This document shows positions 32,644 to 44,510 of a stretch of DNA of 64,000 bases, one piece after another. The notes under the pieces were generated by a model. The model did no database searches, was not told the origin of the DNA, and saw only the letters and a list, made by a program, of their open reading frames with translations. The stretch's first letter is position 1, and each line of letters starts with the position of its first letter. Source of the DNA: Selaginella moellendorffii (Eukaryota > Plantae > Lycopodiophyta); contig NW_003314291.1 in the NCBI RefSeq assembly GCF_000143415.4, forward strand, positions 1,654,517 through 1,718,516, given 5' to 3'. A program made the position numbers and the translations under genes.

Positions 32644-35600
32644 ATGGAAGGCGAGGATCTGATGCTGTACAGCACAGATGGTGGGAGAAAAGAATGCATG
32701 GGGATCCTCATCCAAGTGACAGACACTCCATGCAGTTCCATGCAAGAATATGGACTGGCACTTGTGGTAGAGACAGCGTCCGCCTTCAAGATCCACCTTG
32801 CACATCCTAGCGGCTTCCCGGAGGGGGGTAGCGGCTATGAGGAATTCCTAGAGGGAGCTAGGGAGAGGTTGTCCAGGAGGCCCACAATTTCAAAGACGCT
32901 GCGGGTCTATGAAGATCACATGGAATCCACAGACCTCACCTACGGCGATGTTCAAAAACTATATTCCAACATTGAGCCGTTGAGAGTGCCTCCAGTTTGC
33001 GAAGCGAAGGGGAAGGGGGTCGATCTGGAAACTACCCCGAAGCAGAAAAGGGTGGTCAAGCTCAAGCCGACGTCCGACTCTCCTGCTCCAAAAAAGAAGC
33101 TACTCGGTGATGCCATTGCCTCGGGTTCAAACACTACACCCACCAAAAAGAAGAGCCGCAAAGAGCAGAAAGAGCAAGAAGAGGCAGCAAAAATCGTCGC
33201 AGATAATAGTACTTGTTACTATTCCAACAAAGTATATACAATCGACGTGAGCCGTATCGACATCCAAAGCAAATACAACCACAGGCTAGTATCTGATGAG
33301 TGGGTGGAGAAACTGAAGCAGAAGATGCTGGCAAGTCCAGTAACACCCGACATCGCACCTTACAGAACCTTACCGGGTATATGTGAATTCGGATGAGGAT
33401 CAAAGGTGGAGGAGCATCGTTTCCCGCGGAGATGAGCAGGTCAAGAACATCTTTTGTGTGATGGACTTCACAAACGAGGAGATCACTCATGCAGACGAAG
33501 TCAGCTCCATCATTGACTTAATGGTGGGACTTGCGGAGGTGGAATCTTCAGTCCACTATATGATCTACGACTCCAAATCCTATCACAAGTTCTGGAAGGC
33601 CTTGAACGAGGTGAAGGCTCGGTTGAAAGGCAAGGAGATGCGGGAGATCCATGGGATAATGGCTAAGAAAAAGATACCGACGAATGTCCGCATCTTCACA
33701 GTCGCCCTTGTTATTGGTCCTGCAGCAGAGTGGGACTGGAGTGACTTCCCAGCTTCGTTCAACAAAGCCGATCGAATTGATCTGAGGGAGGTCAATTTAC
33801 CCGTGCCTGAGGAACTGAAGACGGCTATGGAGCTTTCGAATCCAAAGAAAGCTCCAGGTGCAGCATGGGAAATGCTCAGCTGGGTCTTCAACGCAATAGC
33901 GGGTGACTCCAAGGGCAAATGCGTTGTCGAGTACAACTGCGGCGGACTATTCTTTCGAGCCGCACTACTCAAGGGTGTCCCGTGTGTTGCGGTGACAAAC
34001 TCCATTGAAGAAGTGACTTCAATGGAGCATATAATTACAGTTGCCAAAGAAAAACAGTATCTTCTCTACGAACCTGGTGAGTACGCACTTTAAGTTTAAA
34101 TGTTATCTCACAAGCTCTGTATGCAGGAGCGTGGCCACCCCCAGATGCTGAAACGGCGTTAACAGCTACTGATGTTAGGCCGAGGTCACAACCTGCACAA
34201 GGTAAGGTCACGTGAGGCCTCACGCCATTTTGATTATAGATCGTTGTGAATATTCAGACACGAGGACTGAAAAGCGCACTGGTGGCGCGTCAAAGAAGGA
34301 CAAACAGACAAGCAATAGGAAAAAAGGAGGTACAAATTATATTTGCAATGGCGTGTGGTCTCATGCCATTCCTTGCAGGAGACACTTCTTCAAAGGCAAA
34401 ACAGGCAAGCACCAGCCAAGCTCAAACTGACAGTGGTCATAAAAAGCGAAAGCACGTTGGACAGTCGTCGGGATCAGAGGCGTTTGATTCGAAAAGGAAG
34501 AAGGGTAACGAAAAGATGATAAGTAATGCCTCGCGGTTATGGCGTGTGTGCTCATGCCATTCATTACAGATCAAGGGCTGAGTGAAAGGAGCCAGTCACC
34601 ACCTTCTGACTCAGATTCCTATGGCAGACTCCCCTTCCCCAATCTCAATGGAGAGGTACAATGGATGAGGGATGCTTTTCAAGTCAGGGCCACGTTTTTC
34701 TCATCTCGTCGTCTTCGAAGGGTGCAAGAACGTGCAGAAACCATGTTAAGACAGTCGGGTGAGGATACGGTCCTAGGTCACGCACTAAAACAGGCTATGG
34801 ATGTCTTGTATTTTGAGATGGAGACTCGGCCAGATGATTTTTCCAAGATGGTCCTGGAAAAACAAGCAATCCAGCCTGAGCAGCCTATGGAAGAAATGCA
34901 AGAGGGGGATGAGGAGCCAGAGAAAGATAATGAGCAGGAAGAGCAGAAGGACGAAGAGGAGAACAAAGAAGAGGAGGACGAAGAAGAGGAGGATGAAGAA
35001 GAGGAGGACGAAGAGGACTTGGATGGTCCTCACAATGGTGACGATCACAATAACGACGATGACGATGATGACGACGATGGCCAGCCTGAGGTGGCCAAAG
35101 AGCAGCGGAGGAAGGTCATACAAGACAAACCATCAGGTAAATAATAGTACATCCATTCCTAACCTTTTACCATTTCGAACATTGTCCATGTAGGTCGCAG
35201 AAGAAATGGTAAGTAGAGATTATTCAGTTGAATTAAGATACAAACTCTAGCCTTTAGTGTCGAGGAAGGATAGTGCCAAGCAAGGGTCGAAACGTATGTC
35301 CAATCCTTCAGAATCAGCAGTGCGCCCAAGTGATATCGGTCCTAGTTCCTCAATAGCAGTTGATGGTAAATACAGTATAGTTGATTCAATGTGCTAATGA
35401 GTTTGTTTTTAGTAGCTACAAGGGAGGATACCATCTCAATCGAAGGGAGATATTTGGACATGCATATGGATCCGCCAGTGGACTCTACTTGCCTGCAAGA
35501 GTCATCAGAGCTGGTGGAGGCTACTATCCATATCAACGCCAAGCAAGCTGACCACGCTCCACTTGATGCTGCCCATACCACTGAGTCAATCTTGTCCACG

Positions 35601-36901
35601 TATCCAACTGACGGTGACCAGGCGCCATTGGACCTGCATGAGGCCGCCCCAGCCGCCGAGCCGGTCGTATCCTCATTTCCAACATGTGCCCAATCGTCTG
35701 ACTACGCGCCGTTGGAACCTCCCTACACCGCCCCTGCTGCCTGTTCGGTCATGTCCACTTTGCCAACGGAGGCACCAGCTGAAATGGCGTGTGATCACAC
35801 GCCATCGGAACCACCCCATGCCACTGTTGAGCCAGTTGTACCAGAGTCTACAGCTGAAATGGCATGTGCCCACACGCCATCGGATGCGATTGACCCCACA
35901 TTGCAGAGGAGAGTATTTCCGCCCTTCACGTTTCCTCGACCAAAACCCTCTGAACGACCATCGGGAGCACCATTCGCTAATATTGTAGATGGTAAAATTG
36001 ACTTGTACCATTTTTTATGCTAACGCATTTCATTTCAGAGTCACGGCAAAAGTACTGTATCGTTTTTTATCTGAACGGTGTCCTTTTCTCCCATGAGCGT
36101 GGCTCGTCCTCGAATGTCACTGCACCCTCCAAAGCCTGCGGTCGCAAGTTGGTCAAAAGAGACAGATTCACATTAATCACACGGGAGAAACTGCGGGATC
36201 TAATAATGACCATGCGACACTTAAAACAGAGGGCCGGGTTCAATTTGCAATTGGGAGTTTGGAAATCCATGATGTGCCACAATGCATTAACGTTGCTACA
36301 GATGATGCACGATCAGACGCGAGTAATATTACCATTTGACTTTCTCCTAACGCAGGAGGATTGCTTGACTATGGTCCATGTGAGGGGTAGCAAGCCCATC
36401 TTCGTCAAGGCAGAGGCTGTAGTGATGAACCGGACTGCTAGGTCAAGTGAAATCCTCATCATCGATGACTCGCCGATTAAAACTGCAGCGAATACGCACA
36501 CATATGCAGTGCACCCCATCTCTTGCAGTATGGAAACTAGGGAGAAGAAACCGTATGTTCTGGGGGACCTTGCAAAACGGCTTGAAGCGATGGTGATAGA
36601 GAACCGGCCAGTCCAGGAGGTGGCTGCAGAAATCAACCAAATGGCAGATGGAACTGTATATCAGAAGCCATTTGATCGGACAGACACCAGTCATCATTTA
36701 TGGCATGTATATTGTCTAGCCAAGCACTATCCGCATCTCCATAATCTGCTCAACCGGATGGGTTCTTCGACCACTGAACATGAGCGTGGACGTATTAGAG
36801 AAGAGATGGCATTACTATTGGGTTTAAATCCTGATAGTGTGGAGAGTGATGAAATTCCAAGATTATTGTATAGGCGTTGGAGGCAAAAAATAACAGTTTG
36901 A
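32644..36901 (+). pseudogene. Spliced cargo gene, copy 2: ParB core deleted; HAD exon open but motif I D>Y
   Basis: GT-AG introns at 34077-34126, 34202-34257, 34330-34378, 34505-34569, 35137-35193, 35209-35257, 35366-35412 and 35992-36038 are all phase 1 and give a stop-free reading frame; there is a frameshifting deletion at ~33357. Confidence 0.75.
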
Positions 36902-38722
36902 GATGGCATGTATTTATTTAAAAATGTAACTTATTATGGCATGGGGTTCCATGCCATTGTATTAATATTAAAAGACAATTCTTTGAGAGGATTTGCATTA
37001 TACTAGAAGTGTTACAGCATGTTATTGGAAGTCTACGAAGTTGTTTTATTAATAAGGGGAAAGTAAAGATTGAATGGGGACTTGGGCTCCACCTAGACTC
37101 GGAGCAACTGAGCCAATATTAAAAGGATGGAAAGAAATTGGACGACGATGACAAGGAGAAGAGAGAGGTGAAGCAGTGGCAGGGGGAGGAGAAGTGATTG
37201 AGTAGACATTTCCTTGTTTAAAATAAAATGGCATGTGCCTCAATGCAGTTGAATTTTGTTATATTTATATACTATATAAAGGTTTGGAAACCTTATTTTA
37301 CAAGTGGGATAATGACAATTCCCACTTTAACGAAATAGAGTTTTATGGGGGATAAATTGTTTATGTTGCGATATAGGGAGTCAATGTCAAAGAAGGAAAT
37401 GCTCATTATCAAGGAGACCATCATTGAGACACCTAAACACTCTGGAACACCAGGAAGTGGTGTTTAGTGTCACAAGGGCAATAGATAAGGCCCAAGGGAC
37501 TAAGTCCCTAGCAAATGATGGATAGGAGATGCCTTCCAAACGTCCAAGGTTGTAGAGACAAGAGGAATCCGTCTACCCGATTTGGACAAAGCCAAAAATG
37601 GGATTTTGGCAAGGCTAGTGATGGGCATATGGAGCCCATAAGTAGCAATGGTAATCCTGGAGTGTGGGATTATAAGGCGAGCATGCCCAAATTGAGGAAC
37701 CACTCCCTAAGCTATCGGTTAGGTTCATCCCTATGAATACTTGCTAAGGCATGATAAAATGTGCAAAGCTATCCTGCTAGTCTGGAGGAGAATAACTAAA
37801 GGAAACATATGAGGCCAAAAGGCAAGTAGTATTGGGATGGAACTGAACCATAGAAATTGAAAGGCATAACCAACGGTGATTATACAAGTTGGGAGTGGAG
37901 AATCAAGAGGGTGCTCGAGGATGTTGTTACTAGCAACCGCGATGATATGGAGAGTCTAAAATGTGGAATTATCCATGTTGGACCATATGGTGAGTAGGGA
38001 GTTTGCAAAGGAGAAGCCTTAGCAAGCTAAGGAACAGAGTTCCTTGAAGGTTCCCAAAGACAATTCTAGGTAAATAAGTACCTACCTTGAGCATGCGAAA
38101 TCAGAGTGGCGCAGCAGAAGCGTGGTCTTGAAGCTGGCTATGAGGCGAGGCTATCAAGGTTGGGGAAGTAGTTCCCGAGTGTTCAAAAAGAGGGCTTTGA
38201 ACAAAAGTCGATGGGTAAGGATTTTCATGCTTATGCATGAACTATGTTACAGTGGCCGGATGACTTACTAAGTGAGATTGGCGAGTCAGGGGAACAAATC
38301 CCTTAGTTGAAGGTGCTAACTTCAAAAGGGGTGGCCCATGGGGCCGAGCATGGAGGAGTCCATGCATGATCACAGACTTGTCAAGCGAGAGGACTTGGCA
38401 GTGTGGAGAAACTAGGTTCCTAAGCTGTGATCTATAGCGCTCTTTAAGTATAAGTTGGTGCACCAGCGTGGGGAGTCACGCTAGGCATTTTTTGCAATGC
38501 CATCCATAGATGCATATACGGAGGTTGGGTTTGAGTCCCAACCTTCTAGTGCTTGGGTTCGAGTCCTAAATCACTAGGGCATGGTGTTGGTTTGGAATAT
38601 GAGGACACTCATTTTTCGATGGTCATGGACTCTCAGTGAGGAGATTGGTTTGGGCACACCGCCAAGCGAGGTATGCCTCGGAGTCATGATGCACGGTTAG
38701 ATTGCTTAGTGTGGCTTGGCAT

Positions 38723-39857
38723 TGTAAGGAACCAACTCACCAAAGTGTCGTAGGCTAAAGGATCCCTGAATGCATGACCAAAATGATAAAGAGTTCATTG
38801 AATGGGACCGAGTCTGAGATCGAGTCCAAGACCGACTCTGAGACCGAGTTTGAGATAGAGTCCAGAATCGAGTTGGAGGCCGACTCGGAGACTGAGTTCG
38901 AGACCGAGTTCGAGACGGAGTCTGAGATCCAAAATCGGGTCCGAGACCGAGTCCGAGGTCGAGGCCGAGGTCGGGTCCGAGATCGGGTCCGAGACCGAAT
39001 CCGAAGTCAGATCCGAGATCGAGTCCAAGATCGAGCCAGAGACTGAGTTCGAGTACTAATACAGGTCAAGGGCTGAAAGCCTAAAGCGTGCGTTTCCCGG
39101 GGGGGGGGGGCTGCAGGGGGTTGCAAAAGTATAGTAGGGATAGTGAGGTCCAAGAACCAGTTTTGAAGGAACTCTCTAGTGGGGCTTCCAAACTGACATG
39201 AGGTTGAGACTGGGACTGAGGGGCCTTAGGTGGGAGTGAGCATGGACTTGGTTGGTGCCGGAGGGGCCATCCAAGGAAGTGCTCAAGATCAGCTCCCACT
39301 CCTGAAAGGGAAACCGACTGCTGTGCTCCCGGCTCATGTGGAGTGGTGCCCCACTTGAGTACCATGCGGCTCATTGGTCCTCACCCTTCCTAGGGGCTTG
39401 GACCTTCCCTTCGGGATGGAAGTGGGGGGTAGAGGTACCCATACCATGCCGTTAGGCCACGGTGTTTCTCCTCGATGTTTCGCCCCGGTGTCCCGAAGCA
39501 AGTGTTGCACCCAAGACTTGGGATTTAGAGGGTCCCATGATCAAGTCTTGTGGTACCAAGAGATGTTAGGAACCTAGAAGCTTAGTGTGCTTGGTTGCTT
39601 GTGCTTGTGGGGAGTGTAGCCGAACCTTAAGTCCAGTTTAACTCGGGGAGGAGGATTGGGAGAGATTTGGGAATCCGTGGATGGATGGCTAACACTTTGT
39701 TGCTTGTGCAGTGAGTAGGTGAAACCAAATAGAACCAAGTAGGAGCTGGTACCATAGGCGAGAACCTTGGCGAGGGAACTTAGCAAAAGCCAAGGCAGTG
39801 TTGGACGGATAGATGAGTTAAGATGGCAAATTGGAAAGGAAAAATTTGTGGCTTACA
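38723..39857 (+). mobile_element. Solo LTR, family B
   Basis: TGTAAGGAACC...GTGGCTTACA with TSD GGCAT on both sides. Confidence 0.9.
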
Positions 39858-40864
39858 GGCATATCTAACTTGAACACTTGGTGCAAGTGGCACCAAGGAC
39901 GTGGTGAATGAGATGGGGACACCCAGTCAGAATTGCTATAGACCCTTAGCCGGAAGGGCTAGCTTGGGTGCACTGCCAAGTGTGGGGGATGCCCCCGGGG
40001 TCATGGTGAACAACTTAAAGGTCTGGAAGACCTAATACCTATTGGCAAACTTGTTAAGGTGCCAAGGTGAGGTGATCTTATGGCTAAAATAAGGACAAGG
40101 TCCTTGTGAGGTTAAGGGATAAAGTCCCTAGTTCAAAGTGTTGGTTTGATCTATTGATGATGGTGTGGCTTGGTCAAGGTGACCAAGTGGGAAGAACACC
40201 TAAGGGAAATGATTTATGATTATGCGATAGCATAGTAAGTCTGAAGAAAGTAGTCTCTATAAGAGACCCATGGGAGGGTCACAAAGTTGGGCCAGGGATA
40301 GAGCCCACAGTAGAAAATCCTAAAGAGACGTACTAGGGGTGAACACCCTCTGGACTTAGCAAAAGCAAAGTCCTTGTTATGGAACCAAAAGGATACCTCG
40401 AGAATAGAGGTAGTGATCTGATGTTGCTAGGTGTAACAATCAAGGATAAGAGCAAAGGACTAGTGGCTAAGAAAAAAGCCATGGGAATCATGGGAAAGAA
40501 TCCAAATGGCAAAGTTAGACCGAGAACACTAATGTGTTGGGTGCTAACGGATTGTGAGAAAGGCAATGTTTCCCCAAAGATGGATTCCCAATTGCTTCGA
40601 TTTGGCAAGAGTGGAAGCTCCAAGGGAGAGAGCGGTAAGGTAGCCAAATGATAGGGCCATGGACAGCCTTAGCACAAATTATGATAACTGGAACTTAGTG
40701 CCAAAGGTGGCATGATATCGAAGAGAGGGTGATGGTGCCCTCAAGTAAAGAACTTCATAGGATGTGGAAGTGGAGTTGCACCATGTGCAACGTAAGGTGT
40801 CGAAGACACCTAGAAAATTGACTCTGAGAAGTCAAAATTAAAAGTTCCAAACTGCAAAGGCTAT

Positions 40865-41544
40865 TGTGAGACACAAAATCCCTAGGCCCCAAAGTGGAGC
40901 CGGAAAGGGTGCCACGTGGTAGTGGCTGAAGCGAGAGCCAAACGAGCGTAACACGTTTGGACCAAAAGCTCCGACTTGAAAAGTCAAGAGCGGGAGTGGA
41001 ACTCCCAACGAAGTGCTCAAGGAACGAGCACGAAGCGAGCAAAAAGCGAGGCTCCAAAAAGGGACCCAAAAGGACCAACACATGGCACGTGGAAGTGGAG
41101 TCCGAGATGGACTCGAGTTGGAGTCCGAAGTGGAGTCCGAGATGGACTCGAGTTGGAGTCCGAAGTGGAGTCCGAGATGGACTCGAGTTGGAGTCCGAAG
41201 TGGAGTCCGAAATGGAGTCCGAGATGGACCCGAGATGGAGTCCGAGATGGAGTCCGAGATGGACCCGAGATGGAGTCCGAGATGGAGTCCGAGATGGAGT
41301 CCGAGGTGGACCCGAGATGGACCCGAAATGGAGTCCGAGATGGAGTCCGAGATGGACCCGAGATGGAGTCCGAGATGGAGTCCGAGATGGACCCGAAATG
41401 GAGTCCAAGATGGACCCGAGATGGAGTCCGAGATGGAACCGAAATGGAGTCCGAGATGGACCCGAGATGGAGTCCGAGATGGAGTCCGAGATGGAGTCCG
41501 AGATGGAGTCCGAGATGGAGTCCGAAGTCGAGACCGAAACCGGA

Positions 41545-41587
<43 letters not shown>

Positions 41588-42696
41588 TCGGGACCGAGAC
41601 CGAGACCGAGGCCGAGGCCGAGACCGAGCCCGAGCCCGAGTCCGAGTCCGAGTCCGAGTCCGAGTCCGAGTCCGAGTCCGAGTCCGAGTCCGGAGCCTGA
41701 GAGGGTGAAAGCCCAAAGCGTTCGTCTCCCAAACCCTGGGGGGTTTGGTGAGCTCCAAAAGTATAGTAGGGGGAGGACTGCAGTGGAGCCAGTTTGGCCA
41801 GGAAAGGCCAGTTTGGCCCAGGAAGGCCGGACCCAGTGTTGGGTGATGAGCTGCCCACTGGGAAGTCCAAGACTAGAGTGAACACAGACCGACAAGCGGG
41901 GTAGCTTGGTGAAGTGTTCAAGAGCCGGCTTTAGTTCCCCCGGGAGATCGACTGGCCGATGCTCCCAGTCCAAGTGTGGGTGGCACTACCTACTTGGATA
42001 CCTGGTGTGGCTCAACGGAACCTCACTCTAAGCCCATGGCTAGAGCACCTAAAGGCGAAAGGTGGGGAGAGTACCCATGAGGCTTGCCTAAGGCCACGGT
42101 GTTCCGAAATGTTGTCCCAAAGGCCCAGACTGTGGAAAGGAAGAGGAGCAGTCCTCTGGGGTAGTGACCAAGGACACAGTCGTGTGGTGAGGAAGTCCCA
42201 GAGGACCGTGGGACTTAGTGGTCGGGCCTGTGGGTCTCGATCCAGTGGCAGTGTTGGCAAACACGGCCAGGGGCAGAAAGGGACTTAGTGGGGACTGACA
42301 GAGGGATATTGGGGAAGGCTATTCCCCTTGTCGGTGGGCATCCTAAGGATGCTAAGGAGTGGATCTGAGATGACCACTCACGGATGGTTTGCCTAGTCTT
42401 GGAGAGCCAAGACGGTGATGCAAGTGGTATTGGACTACCAGTGTGGCAAAGGTGATTGGGCATGGCCTTAGCGTAACGGGCTGCGATGTCGGTGGTACCT
42501 TTGAGTGTCGGTCATGGGATTGGACACGTGGTGCACTTGGACCAAGTGCAAATGTTGAGTGGCATGGATGCCATTCTCGGGGCTAGCAAGTCCCAAGTCC
42601 TGGATTGGACTTATGGAAGTTGTGAATGAGACTCCTCCAAGTGGTCAGAGGTGTGGTTAAGTGACTAAAGTAGAATGGAAAATTTAGTCGCTTACA
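40865..42696 (+). mobile_element. Solo LTR, family A
   Basis: TGTGAGACAC...GTCGCTTACA with TSD GCTAT on both sides; contains (GATGGAGTCCGA)n and (CCGAGA/CCGAGT)n arrays. Confidence 0.9.
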
Positions 42697-44510
42697 GCTA
42701 TGTCGATGGAATCTGAGACTACTCGAGAATGAGTAGTGGAATTGAGTTAGAGAGGGTGTCTCTAACGGGTTTAGCGAGAACTAAACCAATAAAAGGGAGC
42801 AAACCACCCCAGGTGGTCTAGTGAGTCTCTATGTTGGAGAGACTATGCAGCTTAGAGGATGGAGAAAGCATGGTGAGCCTTCGGGGTCAAACCATAGACA
42901 AATATTGGCCGGGTGCCAAGGATGGAAATGGTAATACATGTGGGTGGTACTTTATAAAAGGGTTTACTGTTCAATGAGGACATCGAACTTCGTCTATAGG
43001 TGGTGGAGTTGTGAAACACAAAATCCCTAGGCCCCAAAGTGGAGCCGGAAGGGCGCCACGTGGTAGTGGCCGAAGCGAAAGCCAAACGAGCGTAACACAT
43101 TTGGACTAAAACCTCAGACTTGAAAGGTTGAGAGCAAGAGTGGAACTCCCAACAAAGTGCTCAAGGAATGAGCACGAAGCGAGCAATAAGCAAGGCTCTA
43201 AAAAAAGGGACCCAAAAGGACCTGAGATGGAGTCCGAGATGGAGTCCGAGATGGACCAAGATGGAGTTCAAGATGGAGTCTGAGGTGGACCGAGACGGAG
43301 TCTGAGATGGAGTCCGAGATGGACCCGAGATGGAATCCGAGATGGAGTCCGAAAAGGACCCGAGATGGAGTCCGAGGTCGAGACCGAGACGGGGACCGAG
43401 ACCGAGACTGAGATCGGGACCAGGACCGAGACCGAGGCTGAGGCCGAGGCCGAGACCGAGCCTGAGCCCAAGTTCGAGTCCGAGTCCAAGTCCAAGTCCG
43501 AGTCCGAGTTCGAGTCTGAGAGGGTGAAAGCCCAAAGCGTTCGTCTCCCAGACCCTGGGGGGTTTAGTGAGCTCCAAAAGTATAGTAAGGGGGAGGACTG
43601 CAATGGAGTCAGTTTGGCCAGGAAAGGCCAGTTTTGCCTAGAAAGGCTGTACCCAGTGTTGGGTGATGAGCTGCTCACTGGGAAGTCCAAGACTAGAGTG
43701 AACACAGACCAACAAGTGGGGTAGCTTGGTGAAGTGTTCAAGAGCCGGCTTTAGTTCCCCCAGGAGATCGATTGGCTGATGCTCCCAGTCCAAGGTGGCA
43801 CTACCTACTTGGATACCTGGTGTGGCTCAACGGAACCTCGCTCTAAGCCCACGGCTAGAGCACCCAAAGGCGGAAGGCAGGGAGAGTACCCACGAGGCTC
43901 GCGTAAGGCCACGGTGTTCCGAAATGTTGCCCCAAGGTCCTAGACTGTGAAAAGGAAGAGGAGCCATCCTATAGTTTAGAGACCAAGGATACGGTCATGT
44001 GAGGAGGAAGTCCCAGAGGACCGTGGGACTTAGTGGTCAGGCCTGTGGGCCTTGATCTAGTGGCAGTGTTGGCGAACACTGCCATGGGCAAAAACAAACT
44101 TGGTGGGGACCGGAAAGGGGATATTGGGGAAGGCTATTCCCCATGTCTATGGGCATCCTAAGGATGCTAAGGAGTGGATCTAGGATGATCACTCATGGAC
44201 GGATGGCCCAGTCTTTGAGAGACGAGACTGTGATGTTGGTGGCGTTAGACCACCGGTGTGACCAAGATGAATGAGCATGGCCTTAGCATAATGGGCCGAT
44301 ATGTCGGTGGTACCTTGGGGTGTCAATCATGGGATCGGACACATGGAGCACTTGGACCAAGTGCAAAGGTTGAGTGGCAGGGATGCCATTCTCGGGGCTA
44401 GCAAGCCCAAGTCCAAAATAAGACATATGGAGGTTGTGAGTGAGACTGCTCTAAGTGGTCGGAGGTGTGGTTAAGTGACTAAAGTAGAATGGAAATATTA
44501 GTCGCTTACA

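Larger units (their letters stand above)
25955..37250. repeat. Same 22-bp palindrome family in transposon copy 2
   Basis: Examples at 26361, 27676, 29649, 29747, 31320, 31558, 32349, 32426, 34348, 34539, 35784, 35859, 36936. Confidence 0.85.
25730..37343. mobile_element. Same TIR DNA transposon, copy 2 (inverted relative to copy 1), with two ~1 kb internal deletions
   Basis: TIRs at 25730-25753 (ATGCTCTATTTTGTTAAAGTGGGA) and 37320-37343. ORFs are near-identical to copy 1 on the opposite strand. It lacks copy-1 segments 5873-6906 and 13779-14711 and lacks the solo LTR. Confidence 0.9.
37344..44510 (+). mobile_element. 5'-truncated family A element with 3' LTR 43010-44510, carrying two nested solo LTRs
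   Basis: Internal sequence homologous (inverted) to 20680-23480; PPT-like ATAGGTGGTGGAGT before the LTR; LTR ends GTCGCTTACA. Confidence 0.8.

Noticed and set aside
40755-41973. RS/RD/SP-rich ORFs resembling SR or extensin proteins (also 19834-20742 and 60003-60666)
   Set aside because: They are translations of 6/12-bp tandem repeats inside LTRs and are open in nearly all frames.
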